Shown piece by piece: positions 54,849-64,000 of a DNA stretch of 64,000 nucleotides. Positions within the stretch are counted from its first letter, which is position 1. Each line of letters begins with the position of its first letter. The notes beneath the pieces were generated by a model, which was not told the DNA's origin, did not search any database, and worked only from the letters and a program-made list of their open reading frames with translations. The position numbers were made by a program, and so were the translations under genes. The stretch is from Candidatus Poribacteria bacterium (GTDB taxonomy: Bacteria; Poribacteria; WGA-4E; PCPOR2b). The stretch covers positions 5,822,599-5,886,598 of the forward strand of contig OZ242036.1 of NCBI GenBank assembly GCA_965205075.1, in the 5' to 3' direction.

Positions 54849-55919
54849 TCATTCGTATCGCTCTGCATCGGCAGGTTCAACAGCATCTTCGCTCATTGAA
54901 ACACCCAGATTCTCTGCACACTCCGAAATCTGCTGATGGATAGTATCGGGGAGTTCAATGCCATCAACTAGACGCTGGACGCGATTCCGATGTTCAAAGT
55001 CACCAGGGACAAGCACTTCGTTAAAGCCCGGTGCGGGAGGGATCGACTTGATGCCATCTAGGAAAGCACGCACACCCTGTTGATATTCCGCCAACGGTGT
55101 CAGGGCATTGACGTTTATCACCTGCATAAAACAACCGCCCATCGCGCCCTTTTCAATATCGAAAGTGCCAGATAATCCGCCAAGCAAACAAACCAGCAAG
55201 CCAATTGAGTAACCCTTGTGCAAGCCAAACGGTAGGAGGAATCCGCCATCGTAAAAGTCCGCGGGTTTGACACTCGGATTTCCGTTCTTATCCACTATGT
55301 GGTCTTCAGGCAAATCTTCGCCTTTGCTCCGTGCGACTTGGATTTTGCCCTCCGCAATCATGCTTGTGGCAATATCAATGACAAAAGGCGCATCGTCGCC
55401 GGTTGGGACACCTACAGCAATCGGGTTAGTGCCTGTTGCACCGCCGGCACCGCCAAAGGGCACTGTAATTCCCTGCATTCGCCCACCGCCACCGGTGGTA
55501 ATAATGCCAATACAGCCTGCGCTCGCCGCCGCTTCTGCATACTCACCTAGCCGACCAATGTGACCAGTATTAACGATACTTACGCTACAAATATCCGCTG
55601 CTTCCGCTTTCTCTATTGCACGATTCATCGCCTGTCGAGCGATGTAATGACCGAAGCAGTTTTTCCCATCGAAAAACATGGTATTCGCGGTTTCTCTAGC
55701 GACTTCTGGTTCCACATTGGGAACAATTCCACCACCTTCAATGCTGCGCAGATATGCGGGGATGCGAAGCACTCCATGTGAGTCGTGTCCAGCTAGGTTC
55801 GCGTTGACCAGAATTTCTGCCACATCGTCAGCGATGTGGCGGGTGGCGCCTGCTGCGACAAATATCCGTCGCGTAATAGAATGCAAATGACTTGCTTGAA
55901 GTCTGTGTGTTGTTGCCAT
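54849..55919 (-). CDS. Ldh_2-family (malate/L-lactate/sulfolactate dehydrogenase type 2) oxidoreductase
   Basis: Start moved to MATTHRL. LVNANLAGHDSHGVLRIPAYL and HIGRLGEY are typical motifs. Confidence 0.8.
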   Translation of the reverse strand: MATTHRLQASHLHSITRRIFVAAGATRHIADDVAEILVNANLAGHDSHGVLRIPAYLRSIEGGGIVPNVEPEVARETANTMFFDGKNCFGHYIARQAMNRAIEKAEAADICSVSIVNTGHIGRLGEYAEAAASAGCIGIITTGGGGRMQGITVPFGGAGGATGTNPIAVGVPTGDDAPFVIDIATSMIAEGKIQVARSKGEDLPEDHIVDKNGNPSVKPADFYDGGFLLPFGLHKGYSIGLLVCLLGGLSGTFDIEKGAMGGCFMQVINVNALTPLAEYQQGVRAFLDGIKSIPPAPGFNEVLVPGDFEHRNRVQRLVDGIELPDTIHQQISECAENLGVSMSEDAVEPADAERYE

Positions 55920-55988
55920 AATTGGTATTCCTTTCATGAGTTAATAAGTGAAAAATGTTGCTTAGTCTAACCTGTTGAGTCGCTACCA

Positions 55989-58223
55989 TCATTCTCTGAT
56001 TCCGATAATTTCAGAGGTCTGTTGTTGTAACTCTACAAGATTATAAAACGCCCCCTTCTTGTCCATCAATTCACTGTGTGTACCGACTTCTACAATTCGT
56101 CCAGCATCAAGGACGACCAGCCGGTTAGCGTTCCGAAGGGTCGACAATCGATGTGCAATGGCGAAGGTGGTCCGATTTTTGACCAGCCGGCCAACTGCCT
56201 CCTGAATCTCCTTCTCGGTCTCCACATCCACCGAGGAGGTCGCTTCATCCAAAATAAGGATCTTTGGGTCGTGGAGAATTGCACGAGCGATAGAAACGCG
56301 CTGCTTTTCTCCACCCGACAGGTTATTTCCCCGTTCTCCGACATTTGTATCGTAACCATCCGCCTTTGCCACGATAAAATTGTGTGCATTCGCCGCCTGT
56401 GCTGCCGCCATAATCTCCTCAAAAGTGGCACCTGGGTTGCCGTATCCGATGTTCTCGGCAATTGTCCCACTAAAGAGGAACGGCTCTTGCAACACGATAC
56501 CAATCTGACTGCGTAGATCTTCTAGACGGAGGTTGCGTACATCCACACCGTCAATTTCAATAGCGCCACGGTCTACATCGTAGAACCGGGTGATTAGGTT
56601 CACCGTAGTTGTCTTTCCTACTCCGGATTTACCTACGAGCCCAATCATCTCCCCGGGGGTAACGTCTATATCCACTTCGTGGAGGACCGGCTTGCTCTTG
56701 TCGTAGCCAAAAGTCACATCTTTGAAAGTGACCTGTCCTTTTATTTTTCCCAGTGCGGTTGCCTCTGGATCATTGTAAGCTTCGGGTGTTGCATCAATGA
56801 CCTCGAAAATACGCTCTGCGCCGGCAAAAGCCCGTGTCATCCAACTGTTAACGCGGCTAAGCCACTCTAAGGGACCGTAGACCTGCCACATATAACCGGA
56901 AAACGCCGTGAGGATACCTAGAGTTAGGCCGCCTCTAAGCGTGTCCAATCCTCCAACCAGCCAGATGAGTATTCCTCCACATCCGGTCAGAGAGCTTGTC
57001 ACTGCAAAAAACACAAGCCAGTGACTTGCAGTTCTCCTAGAAATCCGCATCAAATCAGTGTTCTTCTTCTCAAATTCTCCTATCTCTCGCGGTTCTTGCG
57101 CGAAAGCCTTTACGACATGGATACCGGCAAATGCCTCGTTTAATCGTGCGCTCAGATGCGCCCAGCTCTGACCATGCTTGTTGAAGATTCGTCGCATACG
57201 TCGCCAGAAGAACCTGCCCCAGATTATGATGAACGGGATAGGAATTAGCATGCAAAGGGTAAGCTGCCAGTGCATCCAGAACAGGAGACCGATTATGCCG
57301 ACAATCTTCAGGATGTTGATTACCAAGTAGGGCAGCCCATCAACCAGAAATTCTCGTAACATGTCGCTGTCCCGGGTTACACGAGACATCAGTGCCCCAA
57401 CCCTACGGTCTGAGTAAAATTGCATTGTAAGCATCTCTAACCGTCGATAAAGGTGGCTTCGGATATCTGCTGTCATCCGTGCGCTTAACCAACTAATTAT
57501 CCATCCGTGTGCCAACTCCATACTCCAACTTAGCATACGAAGACCAATCAACCCAAGTATACACCAGCCCAAAAGTGCTGCCCTTTCGTCCCTGCTAGGA
57601 ATCGGTTCGCCCTGTGGCAGGAAGACATTATCAACAATATGCCGCATTATCTGCGGTGGGGCAAGATCTGAACCGATGGTTACTAGTGAAACAAGTACCA
57701 AGAGGACAACACGCCACTTATAGGGCATCAAGTAACTAGCAATTCGTCCCAACGTTGCCAACCGACGAATGCAAGCTGTGCAAATTCCGTTCTTCTCAGG
57801 TAAAAGCCTACCACATTTGGAGCACCGTGTCTGGTCAAGTTCCGTATTAATTAAAAAATCGTTTTGCTGACGAAGCTGCTCAAGCCCAAGTGCCACCTCA
57901 GAGAATTTTTCCGCAAGCGAGCTAGAGTAAGGAACAAAGAGAGTCGCCTCTTTCTTCCGCTCAATTTCCAAACGCCCACCTCCAACTAAGGGTTCGGTCT
58001 GGACAGCCGCTAATTCCCTGATGGGGACGTTAACAACCCCGTCGACTCCTTCCGCAGGCACCACAATCACTCGCCTATCTGTGGCAATGAGCCATTGCTC
58101 TCCAAAGGTGCCATCAGGATTCAGATCGGTGGACACACGAATAAGCTCTTCTTCTTCGTGAGTCAGCACATTCTGAATTTTCTGGCTGACTGTATCAGGC
58201 ATCTGTTCGAGCAATTTCATCAT
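55989..58223 (-). CDS. ABC exporter (fused permease/ATPase, MsbA-like) with ~150-aa N-terminal extension
   Basis: Walker A GKSGVGKTT, signature LSGGEKQR, Walker B ILILDEATS and six TM segments. The N-terminus has a PH-like segment plus CSKCG...CTAC. The start is uncertain (ATG 58223 versus TTG 58235). Confidence 0.85.
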   Translation of the reverse strand: MMKLLEQMPDTVSQKIQNVLTHEEEELIRVSTDLNPDGTFGEQWLIATDRRVIVVPAEGVDGVVNVPIRELAAVQTEPLVGGGRLEIERKKEATLFVPYSSSLAEKFSEVALGLEQLRQQNDFLINTELDQTRCSKCGRLLPEKNGICTACIRRLATLGRIASYLMPYKWRVVLLVLVSLVTIGSDLAPPQIMRHIVDNVFLPQGEPIPSRDERAALLGWCILGLIGLRMLSWSMELAHGWIISWLSARMTADIRSHLYRRLEMLTMQFYSDRRVGALMSRVTRDSDMLREFLVDGLPYLVINILKIVGIIGLLFWMHWQLTLCMLIPIPFIIIWGRFFWRRMRRIFNKHGQSWAHLSARLNEAFAGIHVVKAFAQEPREIGEFEKKNTDLMRISRRTASHWLVFFAVTSSLTGCGGILIWLVGGLDTLRGGLTLGILTAFSGYMWQVYGPLEWLSRVNSWMTRAFAGAERIFEVIDATPEAYNDPEATALGKIKGQVTFKDVTFGYDKSKPVLHEVDIDVTPGEMIGLVGKSGVGKTTTVNLITRFYDVDRGAIEIDGVDVRNLRLEDLRSQIGIVLQEPFLFSGTIAENIGYGNPGATFEEIMAAAQAANAHNFIVAKADGYDTNVGERGNNLSGGEKQRVSIARAILHDPKILILDEATSSVDVETEKEIQEAVGRLVKNRTTFAIAHRLSTLRNANRLVVLDAGRIVEVGTHSELMDKKGAFYNLVELQQQTSEIIGIRE

Positions 58224-58268
58224 AACTTCATCCAAAATTCCTGCTTTAGGTGATGGATCCTTGGGGGG

Positions 58269-59810
58269 TTATTCACACGGTGGAAACATCGGTCGATGTT
58301 TCGCGGGTGGTGACATAGCCACAATCTGGTCGCCTCGCCAATCAATGGTGTAGTTTTCAAAGCATATACTCTCCACCGTCCGTGCTTCGCGCATTGGGAA
58401 AGTAATAATACTGGATGAAGGAATCTCATTGCCACTAATAAGTAAATATGACTGGATGAATATCTTCTGAGATTCCACACCATTTACCTTTAAACAAACC
58501 TCTTTCTTATCCACCCAAGACGGGATACGCACCAGCACCGGCCGACCACTTCCGTTCTCAATTTCAAGGCATCCCGATCGAGAGAGATGACTGGTAAGGC
58601 ACACCCCTTCCGCCTCGTGACTGAATAGCAGATTGATGCGGACACCGGCACCGTCTGAAGTAATGATGGACGATAACGCTTCACACATTCCATCCACGGC
58701 ACCAGATGTAATATCATACGTTGCAATCGTTGCATCTAGATGTAGAAGATAATCATTGGGCGTTGGAAAGCTAAAGCCGCCGCGCAAACGTGAGGCACGA
58801 CGATGAAGGCTATCATCTGTTTCATTGGGTTCGTCGGGCAAGTCATCTACGTCAATAACCTGTGAGGGCAGGAGATGCCCGCGGAGTATACGCTCTGCGT
58901 CCTCGAAGTAGTTTGCCCAGCCCGCGTGCCCCAAAAGTAGCGCGGCACGCAGTAGGTCGCCGGTGTTGTTGGATTCACCGCGGGGATGAAATTTATGCAG
59001 CGATTCCATTGACCAACCAAAACTGCTGTTGAAACGTGGGCATCCGACATCGTAAATGGCTTTGACTCTGTTCAACAGATCTGCATCGTTGGTGAGGAGC
59101 GCAAGGTCAAGCATTCCGGCGACTATGGCGTTGAGGGAATGACCGTGTGTCCCCGCTTCTTCCTTGAGTGTGCCCTCAGGCGTGAAACAGTGTTCCAGCG
59201 CATAGGAGGTCAAAAGCCCTGCCAATTCTAAGGCAACCTCATCACCTGTAATACGATAGTTCCGAACCAGCGCATCAATGGCGCGACCTTCCTGCGACGG
59301 TTGGTGATTGTATTCCGAAACGTAAGGGGGAAGGCGGTCAAGCTGGATAGCACCATCATTATCTAGTGCAGCACGGACCGTCCGAATCAGCCGCCGACTC
59401 CACTCCTGTGCCCGTTCGTCGCCACGAAGGATGATACCGTTCAGGGCGTGCGTGGATTCCCGTATGTTGTGGAGATGGACGAAACGTTCACCTGTGTCGT
59501 TATCCGCTGTACCGGGCAGATTGTCCGCTTCATCAAACAAGGCAATCTGAAGATCGGCGAGATCCGTCCAGATAGCTTCGTCGACGCATTCCCCTGTGGC
59601 GCGCTCCGCCATGCCGATAGCGTGGATGGCTCTGGCAACATCATGACACCAGTCCCATGCGCCGGAGTGACGAAACGCCCCCAATTCTCCTTCAGCAAAG
59701 CCGATAGACCAATACGGCATGTGCTTATTCGTTGGGTCAAGTCCACCGACAAGCGAATTCAATCCCAGTCGAATATGATTCAACATATCTACCGGTTCCA
59801 GATGCTGCAT
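58269..59810 (-). CDS. Hypothetical protein (513 aa); N-terminal part possibly alpha/alpha-toroid-like
   Basis: Long ORF with coding-like composition. No motif recognised. Confidence 0.5.
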   Translation of the reverse strand: MQHLEPVDMLNHIRLGLNSLVGGLDPTNKHMPYWSIGFAEGELGAFRHSGAWDWCHDVARAIHAIGMAERATGECVDEAIWTDLADLQIALFDEADNLPGTADNDTGERFVHLHNIRESTHALNGIILRGDERAQEWSRRLIRTVRAALDNDGAIQLDRLPPYVSEYNHQPSQEGRAIDALVRNYRITGDEVALELAGLLTSYALEHCFTPEGTLKEEAGTHGHSLNAIVAGMLDLALLTNDADLLNRVKAIYDVGCPRFNSSFGWSMESLHKFHPRGESNNTGDLLRAALLLGHAGWANYFEDAERILRGHLLPSQVIDVDDLPDEPNETDDSLHRRASRLRGGFSFPTPNDYLLHLDATIATYDITSGAVDGMCEALSSIITSDGAGVRINLLFSHEAEGVCLTSHLSRSGCLEIENGSGRPVLVRIPSWVDKKEVCLKVNGVESQKIFIQSYLLISGNEIPSSSIITFPMREARTVESICFENYTIDWRGDQIVAMSPPAKHRPMFPPCE

Positions 59811-59848
59811 CTGCTATTCTCCTTTTAGCTTGGTGCCCAATCTGTGCA

Positions 59849-60937
59849 CTACACAACATGCGAGTGAGTCGGCAAACCGTCATGACTATGCTCTATAATA
59901 CTGTGGTGATGTTCGCCAGATTCCTCGACCGGGTCAATATGGATGACCGCCCTAGACAGATAGCTCAGGTGATGGAAAAGCTGATGTTGCACCTCTTTTG
60001 CTATAGCGTGCCCTTCAGCGACGGAGAGATGCGGTGGCACAGCGATATTCACTTCCGCATGTAGGCGATGCCCGATCCAACGGCTGCGAACATCTGTTAC
60101 CTCCTCAACTCCCTCAACATGGTGGGCGGCGTGGTTTATCTCATCAATTACGTCAGCCTCCACACCGTCCAACAGGCGCGTGAATACCGCCTTCCCCGAC
60201 TGCAACACAATCCCAAAAATCGCGACGGTAATAAGCACTCCGACGATGGGATCTGCAATCGGATGGACGAACCGTATCCCGATCACTCCCACCAACACCG
60301 CAAGGCTTGTCCAACCATCAACACGCGCATGATAACCATCCGCAACGAGAGCAGCACTTCCAATCTCTTTGCCAACCTTAATCCGAAATATCGCAACGCC
60401 TTCATTGCCTATAAAACCAACCACCGATGCGGCAGCAACTACCCACAGGTGCTCAACAGTTTTAGGATTAAAGAAACGATTAACTGATTCATATCCTGCA
60501 ACAATTGCGCTGAACAATATCATAAACACGATTGCGATGCCCGCCAAATCTTCGACACGTCCGTAGCCGTAGGTGAACCGTTTGCTCGGTTTTAATCGGG
60601 CGAAGGAAAAAGCAATCCACAACGGAATCGCAGTCGCCGCGTCGCCAAAGTTGTGAATTGTGTCAGAGAGTAGTGCGACGCTGTCGGAAATCACAACCAC
60701 ACCGACCTGTAACACCGCAGTTACCATCAACCCCAAGAAGGACCACTTTATTGCCCAGATGCCGCGCTCCGTGGTTATAATGGACGGGTCTATAACGCCG
60801 TGTGTATGACCATGTTCCCCATGGTCGTGGCTATGACCATGATCATCGTGTTCTTCATGGTCATGGTGGTCGCGATCGTGATCATGTCCATGATGGTGGT
60901 GATGTCCGTCGTGCTGATGCACTTTTTTCCTAAACAT
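59849..60937 (-). CDS. Cation diffusion facilitator (CDF) transporter with His-rich N-terminus
   Basis: HHHHHGHDHDRDHHDHEEHDDHGHSHDHGEHGHTHG tract, TM2 motif SDTIHNFGD, TM5 ADGYHARVD and a C-terminal cytoplasmic domain. Confidence 0.9.
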   Translation of the reverse strand: MFRKKVHQHDGHHHHHGHDHDRDHHDHEEHDDHGHSHDHGEHGHTHGVIDPSIITTERGIWAIKWSFLGLMVTAVLQVGVVVISDSVALLSDTIHNFGDAATAIPLWIAFSFARLKPSKRFTYGYGRVEDLAGIAIVFMILFSAIVAGYESVNRFFNPKTVEHLWVVAAASVVGFIGNEGVAIFRIKVGKEIGSAALVADGYHARVDGWTSLAVLVGVIGIRFVHPIADPIVGVLITVAIFGIVLQSGKAVFTRLLDGVEADVIDEINHAAHHVEGVEEVTDVRSRWIGHRLHAEVNIAVPPHLSVAEGHAIAKEVQHQLFHHLSYLSRAVIHIDPVEESGEHHHSIIEHSHDGLPTHSHVV

Positions 60938-61051
60938 TAAGAATCACCTCCTGCGATGCGTTCATTAGTACATTCGTCCATTCAAAAGAATAATGCGTAA
61001 CCAGAAAACGAGCGGATCACTGTCCCATTTTCAGCTTTTACGCATTACGCA

Positions 61052-62083
61052 TTACGTTTCACGTGGCAATGGCAAATGAATTTTCGCGCTGTCCTGTGAC
61101 TGCGATTGCAACGCCCCTAACATAATCTCTAGTGTGTGTCGGGCGCGGCGCGGCGGTGAACTACTCGGCACATCGTTCCAAACCATCTGGGCAAGTTCCC
61201 GGACAGGATGAATCAAGCTATCGCCGAAGTAATCTCCATAGGTTTCGCCTTGGGGTGCCGGTGCTTCCGTCGCTGTTCCTTCGGGCTGATCTGTCTTCCA
61301 CGCTTTGCAGTGGTTATCGTTCAAAACGTAGCGACCATTCGGACCTTGGAGATCGAATTCGCAACCGGCGGGTGTCATCTTGGCACTGTTCACGATACCA
61401 CGCACCCCGTTGGCGAACTCAATGATAATCGACGATGCTGGATCGAGGTCAGGATCTCTCCCACCTTCCCCCTTGTATTCAATGCCGTAGTCTTCAAAAC
61501 CTTGTTCGTGTGCAGCAATGAGCCAGACCGGATCCGCATCCGCAAAATAACAGACCGCGTCGATGAGATGGGTGCCGTTACGGAAAAGCATTGACCGACG
61601 CCCTCCCATGTGTGCAATAATACGGGTCAATCCACCGATTTCACCGTCCCGAACTGCGGTTCGCACCCCTTGATACAGCGGCAACCAACTCCGTGTGTGA
61701 TCCACCGACATCTTGGTCCCGTTCCGCTCAACCGTCTCAATAATCCGATCGGCATCTCCGAGGTTAATTGTCAGCGGTTTCTCGCAGAGAATTCCCTTGA
61801 CTCCGGCGTCCGATGCGTCACAGACCGGATTGGTGTGATAATCGTCCGGTGTCGCCACGCTGACGACATCTAGATTCTCCTTTTCGAGCATGGCGTGGTA
61901 GTCATTGTACTCGTGGACAGAGCCGCGTGTAATCTTTGAACGCTCGAAGAAGTTATCAAGGACATCGGGTTTCAGGTCACAAACTGCGACGAGTTCAAAT
62001 TCAGAGGCATTGGCATAGGCATATCCATGATATGATCCCAAGCCGCAACCGATAACACCCGCCCGTAGTTTTTCATTGCTCAT
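61052..62083 (-). CDS. Gfo/Idh/MocA-family oxidoreductase
   Basis: LRAGVIGCGLGSYHG Rossmann start and the EKPL motif (LCEKPLT). Confidence 0.85.
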   Translation of the reverse strand: MSNEKLRAGVIGCGLGSYHGYAYANASEFELVAVCDLKPDVLDNFFERSKITRGSVHEYNDYHAMLEKENLDVVSVATPDDYHTNPVCDASDAGVKGILCEKPLTINLGDADRIIETVERNGTKMSVDHTRSWLPLYQGVRTAVRDGEIGGLTRIIAHMGGRRSMLFRNGTHLIDAVCYFADADPVWLIAAHEQGFEDYGIEYKGEGGRDPDLDPASSIIIEFANGVRGIVNSAKMTPAGCEFDLQGPNGRYVLNDNHCKAWKTDQPEGTATEAPAPQGETYGDYFGDSLIHPVRELAQMVWNDVPSSSPPRRARHTLEIMLGALQSQSQDSAKIHLPLPRET

Positions 62084-62106
62084 CGTTCACCTCGTTTTGG
62101 TATGTT

Positions 62107-62970
62107 TTACAACTCAACAGATTGGTGTTGAGGTAAGCCTGCGGGGAAGCCGTAAGGGAGGTCATTCCGATCTGCGGGCAGGGGCCAGCTTTGCCCGCCC
62201 AGATTCTGGAATGACTTGTGGCGACCACAGAGCCATAAGAACATCTCCGACACCTTGATTGTGTCGCGGAACTGCTCTACATACGCCCCGCCAGGCCCAG
62301 TGTATTCAGCGGTCGCGAAATCGAAGTCTTGCTCGATTACCCAGTCCCGTTGTGGCGGAGTTGTGCGCCAGTAGAAGTATTTGAGTAGGTTGCGAATCCC
62401 CGAAGCGGTTGACGGCCCGCGCCGATGCCAGATGTGGTATACAGTCAGGAAGATAGAACCAGCAGGCGCGGTAGTGGGCATAGCGCCCTTGATGCTCGCC
62501 AAATGTCCCATGAACCTCGCTTTGTTTCGCACGAGATGGGTGCCAGGCACAATCTGCGTCGGTCCCATTTCAATGGGCGTATCCTGCGGGTAGTAGAAAA
62601 CCTGCAAAAAGTTGAGTTCGTGCGTGTAGTGATAGTTACCGTCCACATGCCACCCACCCACAGCCTGAATGGGACATTGCACACGATGATTGCTCATCAG
62701 TATCGGCAGGTGGAAGTTAGCACCCAGAAGGGAACGCACAGCACCAGCAGCTGCCGGATGGACTATCACATTCTCAACGAACCAGTCTTCCATCAGGATG
62801 CCGCTTGGCTCCATATAGGAGTGTTGGTCGCAGTATTCCATCGCCCTACGATTGACATCATCGGGGACAACACCCTCAAGCATTAGATAACCGTTCTTGC
62901 AGAACTCTAGCACCTGAGTATCTGTCATCGTCGGTTCACAGTCATAGGTTTTCCGTTCCGATATTCGCAT
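62107..62970 (-). CDS. Phytanoyl-CoA dioxygenase (PhyH) family Fe(II)/2OG oxygenase
   Basis: GGAGGTG RBS 5 nt before ATG 62970. QVLEFCKNGYLMLEGVVPDD, GGWHVDG (HxD) and IWHRR. Confidence 0.8.
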   Translation of the reverse strand: MRISERKTYDCEPTMTDTQVLEFCKNGYLMLEGVVPDDVNRRAMEYCDQHSYMEPSGILMEDWFVENVIVHPAAAGAVRSLLGANFHLPILMSNHRVQCPIQAVGGWHVDGNYHYTHELNFLQVFYYPQDTPIEMGPTQIVPGTHLVRNKARFMGHLASIKGAMPTTAPAGSIFLTVYHIWHRRGPSTASGIRNLLKYFYWRTTPPQRDWVIEQDFDFATAEYTGPGGAYVEQFRDTIKVSEMFLWLCGRHKSFQNLGGQSWPLPADRNDLPYGFPAGLPQHQSVEL

Positions 62971-62973
62971 GGT

Positions 62974-63345
62974 TCACCTCCAGCGTTCAAGAATGAATTC
63001 GGCACCCAAGCCGTAGAACTCTTTTTCATCTACAGCAAGCAGTGCCATATTCGGGAAAGAAATGATCCGCCAACCATCTCGGACAGCTTCTAGGACTGTC
63101 TGATAGGGCCAATCTTCTGGATCAGGCGGTCCCTCACGAAGTTCTCCATCCTCAACTAACAGCATACCGACCACCGCTGCTCCGGGGGAAGTGGTTACCG
63201 CTTGCAGATAGAGGACATCCTGCCGTTTCGGACTGTCTGAACCTACAACGTCCGCAATTCCCTTGCGCAGATTGGCTTCCGTCAGTGTCCCCTGTTGGAG
63301 TTCCGTTGCTAGTGCCTCTATGGTTTCTTTTTGCGTTTCAGTCAT
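62974..63345 (-). CDS. Hypothetical protein (123 aa)
   Basis: The ORF ends 3 nt before the PhyH start, which suggests coupling. No family recognised. Confidence 0.5.
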   Translation of the reverse strand: MTETQKETIEALATELQQGTLTEANLRKGIADVVGSDSPKRQDVLYLQAVTTSPGAAVVGMLLVEDGELREGPPDPEDWPYQTVLEAVRDGWRIISFPNMALLAVDEKEFYGLGAEFILERWR

Positions 63346-63561
63346 CGAGTTTTCCCTCGTTCAAGATTACGATTCTACTGGCAAAAGTCCCAATTATCTC
63401 TCTGTCGCATTATACACGAATTTAGTTGCCTTGCCAATAGAAAACGTGATAGCATGAGAAAATACTCTGCACCCTTGGTGCTTCGCCGATCTTCGAGTAT
63501 AGATGCTGTATCAGGGAGTCTCGATCTCTTTGTAAATGTCCTACATCAGAAAGGAATCACC

Positions 63562-64000
63562 ATGTTAAAGGCAGGATTTATCGGTGCAGGCGGCCGAAGT
63601 CAAGGCGCGCACTACCCGAATGTAAATCGTCTCGAAGATGATGTCGAGATGGTCGCAGTATGCGAACTTGACGAAGAACGATTGAATCAGGTCGCCAAGA
63701 AATATGAATTCTCCCATACTTTCACAGATCACCGCGAGATGCTCGATAGCGTTGACCTAGATATTATCTACTGCGTGATGCGTGAGGAGTGGATATTGCA
63801 GCCCGCGCTCGACTGCCTCAACGCGGGGAAACATATCTTCATTGAAAAGCCGCCCGGTGCTAACAGCGATGAGACGCAGCAACTGCTTGACACAGCAATC
63901 GCAAACGATGTCTATGCGATGGTCGGTTTTCAACGCCGTTACGCCGCGGTGACCCGTGAGGCGATGCGTCGCGTGGCGGAGAAGGGACCTGTCTCTACAG
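63562..64000 (+). CDS. Gfo/Idh/MocA-family oxidoreductase, N-terminal fragment (runs off window)
   Basis: ATG 63562 after AAAGGAA. Translated by eye as MLKAGFIGAGGRSQGAHYP...IFIEKPPG. It is not in the ORF track because no stop falls inside the window. Confidence 0.75.
   Translation, partial: MLKAGFIGAGGRSQGAHYPNVNRLEDDVEMVAVCELDEERLNQVAKKYEFSHTFTDHREMLDSVDLDIIYCVMREEWILQPALDCLNAGKHIFIEKPPGANSDETQQLLDTAIANDVYAMVGFQRRYAAVTREAMRRVAEKGPVST

Overview
This is a densely coded bacterial chromosomal window with genes on both strands and Shine-Dalgarno-type RBSs. I saw no rRNA, tRNA or CRISPR array. All product calls come from motif recognition by eye; nothing was searched or computed.

Gene content is that of a heterotroph. 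It holds four PhyH-type Fe(II)/2OG dioxygenases plus one more HxD...H oxygenase. It also has Gfo/Idh/MocA, SDR, MDR and aldo-keto oxidoreductases, an enolase-superfamily enzyme, several hydrolases, an MFS transporter, an ABC exporter and a CDF transporter. Housekeeping genes are gatB, rlmN, an EnvC-like M23 peptidase and a SurA/PrsA-like PPIase. This mix is reminiscent of PVC-group or candidate-phylum (Poribacteria-like) genomes, but that is only an inference.

Main observations:
1. queE is interrupted by a 332-aa LAGLIDADG intein inserted inside the radical-SAM CX3CX2C motif, and is tightly coupled to a WGR-domain gene.
2. Five paralogues of an unrecognised ~640-660-aa polytopic membrane protein occur here. 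Each sits in a block led by a Fe(II)/2OG oxygenase gene: two PhyH+membrane pairs, and one oxygenase-enolase-membrane x3 cluster.
3. Seven tandem secreted LamG/ConA-like paralogues are followed by a divergent eighth. A distal ninth secreted protein shares the same C-terminal ...VEPxxKLTTTWGxxKxxR tail. Within the array, a hypervariable loop sits between near-invariant flanks.
4. A solo TnpB (IS605/IS1341-type, intact RuvC triad) lies directly upstream of the oxygenase-enolase-membrane cluster.
5. A 196-bp ~98% direct repeat duplicates the 3' end of gatB and brackets a two-gene insertion.
6. An ISAs1-family IS with a ~10-bp target duplication has inserted into the terminal repeat of a MITE-like element. 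A second, inverted copy of that element lies 2.4 kb away.
7. A 348-nt inverted-repeat-bounded, hairpin-rich non-coding module lies in a divergent intergenic region.
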